Shown: positions 56,578 through 64,000 of the stretch, one piece after another
Layout of the letters: each line of letters opens with the position of its first letter
Numbering within the stretch: the stretch's first letter is position 1
Source of the DNA: an uncultured delta proteobacterium
GTDB lineage: Bacteria; Myxococcota_A; UBA9160; SZUA-336
Assembly: GCA_963704165.1 (NCBI GenBank)
Contig: CAVPHD010000012.1
Coordinates: forward strand, 150,532-214,531
DNA: 64,000 nt
Direction of reading: 5' to 3'
Translations under genes and position numbers: made by a program
The notes under the pieces: generated by a model
Database searches by the model: none
The model's input: the letters and a program-made list of their open reading frames with translations, nothing else
Told to the model about the DNA's origin: nothing

Positions 56578-57900
56578 ATGCGACTCGTTCGATGGATCCT
56601 GCTGATTCTGCTCGTCGCGGGCGGATACCTCGTGTACCAGCGCGTCGAGCGCACGCCGCCGGTGATCCAGACGCGGACGGCGCCGGCCTTCATGGGCACG
56701 AACTACGAGCACGAGTTCGTCTTCTCGGACCAGGGCATGGGCCTGCGCTCCGTGCGCATCTGGCTGCAAGCGGGCGGAGAGGTCTGGGGGCTCGGCGAGG
56801 AATCGTTCCCGGGAAATCCGTTCATGGGCGCGGCGCTCGAGATCGACCGGCCGGTCAAGATCGCGGTGAACGCGAAGGAGCTCCAGATCGCCGACGGTCC
56901 CGCCACGCTCTATGCCGAGGCGCGCGACTTCTCGTGGATGGACAACGTGACCGAGATCTCGATCCCGCTCACGATCGACACGCAGCCGCCGCGCGTCTCG
57001 CTGCTGACGGGCCTGACCTACGTGCGCAAGGGGGGATCCGAGCTCGCGATCTACACCGTCGAGGACGGCGTCGAGAAGGACGGCATCGAAGTCGGAGACC
57101 GCTTCTACCGCGGCTTCGCGGATCCGCGCGACCCGAAGCGCCGGCTCGCGTTCTACGCGATCCCGGCCGACGGAGCGGAGGGCGCGAAGCCCGTGCTCGT
57201 CGCGCACGACCGCGCCGCGAACCAGACCCGGATCGCGTTGGTCGCGAACGTGATGGAGCGCGCCTTCCCCGTCGACACGATCACGCTCTCGGACTCGTTC
57301 ATGCAGAACAAGGTCGCGGAGCTGCTCGGCTCGTTTCCCGGCACGCCTCTCGAGGGCTATCTGAAGATCAACCGCGACATGCGCAAGGAGAACGACGCGA
57401 AGCTCTTCGAGATCACGTCGAACTCGAGCCCGGATCGGATCTGGTCGGGCGCGTTCGTGCAGATGCCGAACGCGCACGCCGGGGCGAGGTTCGCGGAGCG
57501 ACGCAGCTACGTGTACGACGGCCAGGTCGTCGATCAGCAGACCCACATGGGCTACGACTTCGCCTCGACCGCGCACGACTCGATTCCCGCCGCGAACGAC
57601 GGCGTGGTCGTCTTCACCGGACCGCACGGGATCTACGGGAACACCGTGATCGTCGATCACGGGCTCGGGCTCTTCAGCCTGTACGGGCACCTGTCCGAGA
57701 TCGCGGTCGAGAAGGGCCGGCCGGTGACGAAGGGCGAGTCTCTCGGAAAGAGCGGCACGACCGGGCTCGCGGGCGGCGATCACCTGCACTTCGCGATGCT
57801 GCTCGGCGGCAGCTTCGTCGATCCGCTGGAGTGGTTCGACCCGAAATGGATCCGCGATCACATCGAGGGCAAGCTCGAGGCCGTCGCCGCGACGCCCTGA
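56578..57900 (+). CDS. M23-family metallopeptidase
   Basis: HMGYD, YGN..VDHG..SLYGHLS, GDHLHF. Confidence 0.92.
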   Translation: MRLVRWILLILLVAGGYLVYQRVERTPPVIQTRTAPAFMGTNYEHEFVFSDQGMGLRSVRIWLQAGGEVWGLGEESFPGNPFMGAALEIDRPVKIAVNAKELQIADGPATLYAEARDFSWMDNVTEISIPLTIDTQPPRVSLLTGLTYVRKGGSELAIYTVEDGVEKDGIEVGDRFYRGFADPRDPKRRLAFYAIPADGAEGAKPVLVAHDRAANQTRIALVANVMERAFPVDTITLSDSFMQNKVAELLGSFPGTPLEGYLKINRDMRKENDAKLFEITSNSSPDRIWSGAFVQMPNAHAGARFAERRSYVYDGQVVDQQTHMGYDFASTAHDSIPAANDGVVVFTGPHGIYGNTVIVDHGLGLFSLYGHLSEIAVEKGRPVTKGESLGKSGTTGLAGGDHLHFAMLLGGSFVDPLEWFDPKWIRDHIEGKLEAVAATP

Positions 57901-57908
57901 CGGAAGCC

Positions 57909-58970
57909 GTGGCGACGGAGCTCGCGCGCGCACGCCGTGACACCATTCGGCGACGGCTGATCGGCTGGTACCGGCGCGCGAACCGCGACCTGCCCTGGCG
58001 GCGGAGCTCCGACCCGTACCGCGTCTGGCTCTCCGAGACGATGCTCCAGCAGACGCGCGTCGATACGGTGATTCCGTACTACGAGCGCTTTCTCGCGGCG
58101 TTTCCCGATCTTCGCGCGCTCGCCGCCGCCGACGAGGAGGACGTGCTCCGGCTCTGGGCGGGGCTCGGCTACTACGCGCGCGCGCGGAACCTGCGCCGCG
58201 CGGCGCAGACGGTGGTCCGCGAGCACGCGGGCGTCGTGCCGCGTTCGGCCGAGGCGCTCGCGGAGCTGCCCGGCGTCGGCCCGTACACCGTGGGCGCGCT
58301 GCGCAGCATCGCGTTCAAGGAGCCGGCCGCGATCGTCGACGGAAACGTGCGACGCGTGCTCTCGCGGCTCTTCGCCGTCGAGCGGCTCGCGGATTCGGAA
58401 GCGTGGCGGCTCGCCGGCGAGCTCGTTCCCGCCCGCGATCCGGACCTCTTCAACCAGGCGCTGATGGAGCTCGGCGCGACGGTCTGCACGCCGCGAACTC
58501 CCGAGTGTCCGGTGTGCCCGCTCGCTTCGAGCTGCGCCGCACGCGCGACCGGCCGTCCGGACGCGTTCCCCGCGCCGAAGCCGAAGGCCCGCCCGCGCCC
58601 GCTCCGCGCGCTCGGCGGCGTGCTCGTTCGCCGGGGACGCGTGCTGCTCCTGCGCCGCCCGTCCGACGGACTGCTCGGCGGGCTCTGGGAAGTTCCGAAC
58701 GTTCCCGACGCCAGGGCGTCCACGCTCGTCGATCTCGTGCGCGAGCGCACCGGGCTCGAAGTCGTGGCGGGCCCGAGCCTCGGAGAGATCCGCCACCAGT
58801 TCAGCCACATCGACCTGCGGCTCGAGCTGATCCGGCTCGAGGATCGCGGAGGCCGCGTGGCGACGCGTGCGCGCGCCGAGGCGAGGCTCTGCGGACCGGC
58901 CGAGATCGCTTTGCTACCGCTCTCACGCCTGATGAAGAAAGTCCTGGCACTCCCGAGTCCATCCTGGTGA
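57909..58970 (+). CDS. mutY: A/G-specific adenine glycosylase
   Basis: RDLPWR, SETMLQQT, WAGLGYYARARNL, LPGVGPYT, VDGNVRRV, C-x6-C-x2-C-x5-C. Confidence 0.96.
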   Translation: MATELARARRDTIRRRLIGWYRRANRDLPWRRSSDPYRVWLSETMLQQTRVDTVIPYYERFLAAFPDLRALAAADEEDVLRLWAGLGYYARARNLRRAAQTVVREHAGVVPRSAEALAELPGVGPYTVGALRSIAFKEPAAIVDGNVRRVLSRLFAVERLADSEAWRLAGELVPARDPDLFNQALMELGATVCTPRTPECPVCPLASSCAARATGRPDAFPAPKPKARPRPLRALGGVLVRRGRVLLLRRPSDGLLGGLWEVPNVPDARASTLVDLVRERTGLEVVAGPSLGEIRHQFSHIDLRLELIRLEDRGGRVATRARAEARLCGPAEIALLPLSRLMKKVLALPSPSW

Positions 58971-58988
58971 TCCACAGGAGGCGGCACC

Positions 58989-59576
58989 GTGAAAGAGCGC
59001 AGCGACGACGAGGCAGCGTTTGCCGAGGCGATGGCAGGCGTTCGCAAGCTCGAGAGCGAGCAGCGGGGGCCACAGATCCACTACCGTAAACCCGTGCCGC
59101 TCTCGGACCGCGAGCGCGAGGTGATGCGCGAGCTCGACGCGCTGGTGAACGGCGAGGGCGCCTTCGATCTGCGCGACTCCGGAGAGGTGATGGAGGGCTC
59201 CGTCCCGGGGCTCGACCGGCGCATTCTGCGCGGGCTCCGCCGGGGCGAGTTCACGCTCCAGGCCGATCTCGACCTGCACGGCAGCGACGCCGCGACCGCG
59301 CGCGGCCTGGTCGAGAGATTCATCGTCGAGTCTCACGCGCGCGGTCTGCGCTGCGTGCGCATCGTGCACGGCCGTGGCAATCGCTCACCGAACGGCGAAG
59401 CCGTGCTGAAGCCGAGTCTGCCGCGCTGGCTCGCCCGCGGTCCGGCCCGGCAGATCGTGCTGGCGTTCACCGCCGCGAGGCAGGCCGATGGCGGACAGGG
59501 CGCGAGCTACGTCCTGCTGCGCAGGGGACCCGGCGCGGCGCGGCGGAGCGGCGACGCCTATCATCGCAAGCCGTGA
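58989..59576 (+). CDS. Smr-domain protein
   Basis: [22 protein letters not shown]. Confidence 0.92.
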   Translation: MKERSDDEAAFAEAMAGVRKLESEQRGPQIHYRKPVPLSDREREVMRELDALVNGEGAFDLRDSGEVMEGSVPGLDRRILRGLRRGEFTLQADLDLHGSDAATARGLVERFIVESHARGLRCVRIVHGRGNRSPNGEAVLKPSLPRWLARGPARQIVLAFTAARQADGGQGASYVLLRRGPGAARRSGDAYHRKP

Positions 59577-60673
59577 GCTCATCGTTCGGCCAGATCTTCC
59601 GGATCCACACCTGGGGCGAGTCGCACGGCGGCGCGGTCGGGGTGGTGATCGACGGCTGCCCCGCGCGGGTGCCGCTCGACGTGTCGGAGATCCAGCTCGA
59701 GCTCGACCGGCGCCGGCCCGGCCAGAGTCGACTGACCACGCCCCGTCAGGAGACCGACCGCGCGGAGATCCTGTCGGGCGTATTCGAGGGCCAGACGCTC
59801 GGCACGCCGATCCTCGTGCTGGTCCGCAACGAGGACGCGCGTTGGGAATCGTACGAGGCGATGCGCGACGTGTACCGGCCCTCGCACGCCGACTTCACCT
59901 ACGAGGCGAAGTACGGCATCCGCAACTGGCGGGGCGGCGGACGCGCGAGCGCTCGCGAGACGATCGGACGCGTCGCGGCCGGCGCGATCGCGCGCAAGGT
60001 GCTGCGGTCGTTCGGCGTCGGCGAGATCGTCGCGTTCGTCTCGCAGGTGCACACGGTCGAAGCCAAGTGCGACGGGCTCGCCGTCACGCGCGAGCAGGTC
60101 GAGGCGTCGATCACGCGCTGCCCGGACCCGGTCGCAGCCGAGGAGATGATCCGGCGCATCGACGACGCGCGCCGCGCGGGTGACTCGCTCGGCGGCGTCG
60201 TGACCTGCGTCGCGCACGGCGTTCCCGCGGGGCTCGGCGAGCCGGTCTTCGAGAAGCTCGACGCCGAGCTCGCGCGCGCGCTCTTGTCGCTGCCCGCGTG
60301 CAAGGGCTTCGAGATCGGCTCCGGCTTCGCCGGAACCCGGCTCACCGGCAGCGAGCACAACGACGCGTTCTTCGTCGACGCCGGGCGCGTGGCCACGCGA
60401 ACGAACCGCTCGGGCGGCGTGCAGGGCGGGATCTCGAACGGCGAGCCGATCGTGATGCGCGCCGCGTTCAAGCCGACCGCGACGATCCGCAAGGAGCAGG
60501 AGACCGTGAACGCCGCGCTCGAGAGCGTGAAGCTCGAGGCGCAGGGGCGACACGATCCGTGCGTGCTGCCGCGCGCCGTGCCGATCGTCGAGTCGATGGT
60601 CGCCCTGGTGCTCTGCGATCACCTGCTGCGCCAGCGCGCGACGGCCCCGCCAGAGGAAGGCTTCAGCGGCTAG
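59573..60673 (+). CDS. aroC: Chorismate synthase
   Basis: GESHG, RRPGQS, RPSHAD, SARET, GGISNG, RHDPCV. Confidence 0.98.
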   Translation: MSSSFGQIFRIHTWGESHGGAVGVVIDGCPARVPLDVSEIQLELDRRRPGQSRLTTPRQETDRAEILSGVFEGQTLGTPILVLVRNEDARWESYEAMRDVYRPSHADFTYEAKYGIRNWRGGGRASARETIGRVAAGAIARKVLRSFGVGEIVAFVSQVHTVEAKCDGLAVTREQVEASITRCPDPVAAEEMIRRIDDARRAGDSLGGVVTCVAHGVPAGLGEPVFEKLDAELARALLSLPACKGFEIGSGFAGTRLTGSEHNDAFFVDAGRVATRTNRSGGVQGGISNGEPIVMRAAFKPTATIRKEQETVNAALESVKLEAQGRHDPCVLPRAVPIVESMVALVLCDHLLRQRATAPPEEGFSG

Positions 60674-60696
60674 CGGCTGCGGCCGATTCCCGGGCC

Positions 60697-61656
60697 ATGC
60701 TCTTCGACCTGGTGGCGCTGGCCATCCTCGCGATCTTCACCGCGCTCGGCGCCCGCCGTGGCGCACTCGCGGGCTTCCTGCGCGTGGCCACGCTCTTCGC
60801 GGCCTACGCCGCGGGGATTCTCGCCGCCGCCAAGCTCGCGGCGCTGATCGCGCTGCTCGCCGGCATCTCGCGGCTCACCGCGGGCGCGATCGCCGGAACC
60901 GGCGCGTTCCTCTTCGTGTACGTGGTGGGCAGCGTGGGCGCGGCGCTCTGGATCCGAAGCGAGCGCGCGAACCGCGACGACCTGCCGCGCAGCGGCTACG
61001 ACCGGCTCGGCGGCGCGTTCTTCGGCGCGGGTCAGGCGGCGCTGGCGCTGCTGCTTCTCGGCGTCCTCGGCAGCTTCCTCGACGCGGCCCACTCGGCGGG
61101 CCTTCCGACCGGAAGCGAGACCGCGGGCGACTCGTTCCTGGTCGGGAGCACGCGCGCGGTCGTGGCCGCGGGCGTCTCGGCGGCGGTCGGCGACGGCCCC
61201 GGCGGGTCGCTCGCCGTGAAGCTCGCGTCGAACCCGGGCGCGGCCGTCGTCTCGACCCAGGAGCTCCTCGCCCACCCGCGGATCGCCGCACTTCAGGTGG
61301 ACGAGCTGTTCTGGCAGTACATCTCGACCGGCGAGATCGACCGCGCGCTCACACGAGGGAGCTTCACCGCGATCTGCTTCGACGCCGACATGCGCTCGCG
61401 GCTCTTCGACCTCGGCCTGGTCAGCGACGACGCGCGCCTCGACTCCGACGCGTTCCGTGACGAGATCCGCGCGACCCTGGTCGAGGTCGCGCCCCGGATC
61501 CGAGCGATTCGCGACGACCCCGCGCTGGCCGAGCTCGCCGCCAAGCCCGAGATCCAGGCGGCGCTGCGCGACGGCGACAGCTTCGGCCTGCTCAGCCACC
61601 CCGACTTCCGCCGCCTGGTGGACCGGGCGCTGCGAAGCTACGAGCAGACCCGCTAG
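60697..61656 (+). CDS. CvpA-family membrane protein with C-terminal extension
   Basis: FDLVAL..GARRG, DRLGGAFFG. Confidence 0.75.
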   Translation: MLFDLVALAILAIFTALGARRGALAGFLRVATLFAAYAAGILAAAKLAALIALLAGISRLTAGAIAGTGAFLFVYVVGSVGAALWIRSERANRDDLPRSGYDRLGGAFFGAGQAALALLLLGVLGSFLDAAHSAGLPTGSETAGDSFLVGSTRAVVAAGVSAAVGDGPGGSLAVKLASNPGAAVVSTQELLAHPRIAALQVDELFWQYISTGEIDRALTRGSFTAICFDADMRSRLFDLGLVSDDARLDSDAFRDEIRATLVEVAPRIRAIRDDPALAELAAKPEIQAALRDGDSFGLLSHPDFRRLVDRALRSYEQTR

Positions 61657-62060
61657 GGAAGAATCCCGAAGCCCGCGACCAGGGCCGCGAACGCGAACAG
61701 GAGCCCGACGCCCGCGATCACGGAGTGCGGAGTGCGGAGCGTCGAGCGCAGGTTCTTCTCGAGCTTCGAGCCGAGGAACCCGCCGACCAGAAGGCCCGTG
61801 AGCGCAAGGCTCGTCAGCAGCGCGTGCACGGACTCGAAGACGGGCTTCCCGCGCAGGAACGCCATCGAGGCCAGGCCGGCAGCAAATCCGGCGATGACGA
61901 GCACGACGAAGACGCGTGCGAAGCGGCGGTGCCGCCGGCTGTCGTAGGGCCTCCGGAGCACCCGGGCCTGGCGGATCTGGATGCCCTCGAGCAGCACGAT
62001 CAGCCCGAGTCCGAGGACCCCGAACATCACGATCGGGTGTAGGTAGGCGAGCCAGTGCAC
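61653..62060 (-). CDS. DUF4079-like His-containing membrane protein
   Basis: LHP, RRH, SVH, TPH histidines across four TM segments. Confidence 0.7.
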   Translation of the reverse strand: MHWLAYLHPIVMFGVLGLGLIVLLEGIQIRQARVLRRPYDSRRHRRFARVFVVLVIAGFAAGLASMAFLRGKPVFESVHALLTSLALTGLLVGGFLGSKLEKNLRSTLRTPHSVIAGVGLLFAFAALVAGFGILP

Positions 62061-62127
62061 GGCGCGCGAGGCTAATGGCAGGCCGCTCTCTGGTCCAGGC
62101 GCACCGAACCTGTTACCAAAGGGGTGG

Positions 62128-62907
62128 ATGGGGATGGATGAGGGAGCGGTGCTGCGCGCCGCGGTCGCTCACTTGGAGCGATACCGGAGCGCGATCGAGG
62201 ACGAGGTGAACCGTCGCCTCGCTCGAGCGGAACCCGCGCCCGAAGTCCGCGCCGAGGTGATCCGGCGCTTCCGCACCTTCGTGCGTCTCGCGAGCCTGTC
62301 GGCCGAGACCGCGCGCGTGTCGCTCGACGGGCTCGGCGGCAACAGCGCGCTCGCGCTCGAGAACACGATCTCGGCCGCGGTCGGCATCGCCAACTCCTTC
62401 GGCACGACGCCCGAGGTCGCGGGCGCGCTCGTCGACATGGAGGCGCGCTTCCGCTCGGGAGTGCGTCGCATCCTCGCGCCGGAGGATCGCGAAGAGAAGC
62501 GCGAGCGCAGCCGGAAGCGCCCGACGCCGAACGCCGGACGCCGCGTCCGCGGCGCGATCGATCGCATCTCCGACACCTACGTCGCGCTGAATCTCGACTC
62601 GAGCACGATCTTCGACGTGAACCCGGCCGCCGAAGCGCTCTTCGCGAGCGACGCCGCGCGCCTGATCGGCAGCTCTCTCACGCGCTACATCGCGCCCGCC
62701 GACCAGCTGATCTGGCGCGAGCTCGAGTCGCGCCTCGACGCCGGAGAGGATTCCGGCCCGGTCGAGATCACGATCGCCCGCCCGAACGGCGACTACGTGC
62801 CGGTCGAGGTCACGATCGCAAGTCACAGTATCTCGGGAAAGCGCCTCGCCATCTTCATCGCGCGCGAGCGCGTGAAGGGCTCGGTCGCGATCACCGGCCC
62901 CGCTTAG
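62128..62907 (+). CDS. PAS-domain protein with N-terminal helical domain
   Basis: VNPAAEALF..LIG..L, RPNG..VPVEV PAS/PAC motifs. Confidence 0.8.
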   Translation: MGMDEGAVLRAAVAHLERYRSAIEDEVNRRLARAEPAPEVRAEVIRRFRTFVRLASLSAETARVSLDGLGGNSALALENTISAAVGIANSFGTTPEVAGALVDMEARFRSGVRRILAPEDREEKRERSRKRPTPNAGRRVRGAIDRISDTYVALNLDSSTIFDVNPAAEALFASDAARLIGSSLTRYIAPADQLIWRELESRLDAGEDSGPVEITIARPNGDYVPVEVTIASHSISGKRLAIFIARERVKGSVAITGPA

Positions 62908-62914
62908 CGCCAGC

Positions 62915-63646
62915 TCACTCCACGCGCAGCACGGTGCCGCTCGGCATTCGCTTCACCAGCGATTGCGCGGCGCGCTCGGCGTAGTCCTCGTCGCGGGACT
63001 CGAGCGTCAGCATCGTCATGTAGTCGACGTCGCTCGAGGTGCGCGGATAGCTGCCGAGCATGAGGTCCTTGAACTCGACGAGGAGCTCGTTCAGGTCGGC
63101 GGCGATGTCGCTCTCGATCAGGGTCACGTAGACGCGGCGCAGGAAGACCGGATCGCCCTGGAAGCGCTCGCGGGCGGAGTTGAACTTGGCCTGCAAGAGC
63201 CGCGGAATTCCCGGGAAGACGTAGACGTTGCGCACCTGGACGAGCGGGAACCAGAGGTCGGTGGTCGCGATCAGCGACGCGCCGACGGGGAGCGTGCACA
63301 TCTTCAGGTGGCTCGCGTTCGGCTCGCGACCGCGCAGCGCCGTGAGCAGCATGGTCGTCATCTCGGCGTTCTGTTCGAGCGGCACGTCGAAGGCCGCCGC
63401 GACGCCGTCCATCGTGACGTCGTCGTGTGTAGGTCCGACCCCGCCGGACGTCAGCACGTAGTCGAACGCGCGAGAGAACTCGCGCACGTCGCGCGCGATC
63501 TCGGCAACGACGTCGGGAATCACGTGCACGCGCGGCACGTCGACGCCCTGCCTTCGCAGCTCGCGCAGCAGGTAGGGGGTGTTCTCGTCCTGCACCTTCC
63601 CGGTCAGGATCTCGTTACCGATGATCAAGATACCGGCGGTGGACAT
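62915..63646 (-). CDS. CinA N-terminal / molybdopterin-binding-domain protein
   Basis: IIGNEILTG.VQDEN, TSGGVGPTHDDVT, VFPGIP. Confidence 0.9.
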   Translation of the reverse strand: MSTAGILIIGNEILTGKVQDENTPYLLRELRRQGVDVPRVHVIPDVVAEIARDVREFSRAFDYVLTSGGVGPTHDDVTMDGVAAAFDVPLEQNAEMTTMLLTALRGREPNASHLKMCTLPVGASLIATTDLWFPLVQVRNVYVFPGIPRLLQAKFNSARERFQGDPVFLRRVYVTLIESDIAADLNELLVEFKDLMLGSYPRTSSDVDYMTMLTLESRDEDYAERAAQSLVKRMPSGTVLRVE

Positions 63647-63713
63647 CCTGGGCCGATCTTAGGCGTCGCCGGGTACGGCTTCAACCGAGCCCGGAATCCC
63701 GTATCCTGCACGC

Positions 63714-64000
63714 GTGCCGACCGTCCGATTCCTGCCCAAGGCCATCGATATCGAGGTGCCGAAGGGCACGCTCTTGATCGATGCGGTGCGCGAGGCGGGC
63801 TTGCCGATCGCGCGCGCGTGCGGAGACGAGCTGGTCTGCGCGAAGTGCGGCGTGCGGATCGTGTCGGGCCGCGTCGCGCGCGAAGCGCCGGTCGAGCGGC
63901 GCGCGAAGGCGCGCAATCGCGTCGCGCCCGAGCTTCGGCTCGCCTGCGCCGTCCGCGTGCAGGCCGACCTGGTGATCTCGGCGATGTCGACGGTTACGAA
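63714..64000 (+). CDS. 2Fe-2S ferredoxin-domain protein (runs off the window end)
   Basis: MPTVRFLP..GTLLIDA..CGDELVCAKC...RLAC; absent from the ORF track because no stop occurs in the window. Confidence 0.85.
   Translation, partial: MPTVRFLPKAIDIEVPKGTLLIDAVREAGLPIARACGDELVCAKCGVRIVSGRVAREAPVERRAKARNRVAPELRLACAVRVQADLVISAMSTVT

Overview
This is a GC-rich bacterial chromosomal segment; the gene content suggests a Myxococcota/deltaproteobacterium-like diderm (inference only). Housekeeping genes include proS, rnd, pepP, acs, mutY, aroC, an RluA-family synthase and a UDG. (1) At 42.1-50.2 kb there is an integrase-less integron region: two collinear Pc/attI-like platforms with stub ORFs where intI should be, and about 11 attC-delimited cassettes carrying four TA modules, an HNH nuclease, a PEP-CTERM protein and others. 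(2) Around that array sits an uncharacterised envelope redox locus: a secretin with a SPOR-like tail, a Tat protein, two CxxCH proteins (one a LamG lipoprotein), a divergent TlpA-DUF4266-DUF3570-ApbE flavinylation module and, beyond the array, dsbD-gspC. (3) A five-gene ExbD / TonB-like / large helical protein / lipoprotein / ExbB motor operon has no TonB-dependent receptor. (4) A translationally coupled operon encodes a class III aminotransferase, LuxE and LuxC. (5) A bacterial histone carries a Lys-rich N-terminal tail. (6) A GrdB/PrdB-like selenoprotein has an in-frame UGA and a SECIS-like hairpin. Several 1-nt frameshifts may be assembly errors. All family calls are from motif recognition by eye, not database searches.
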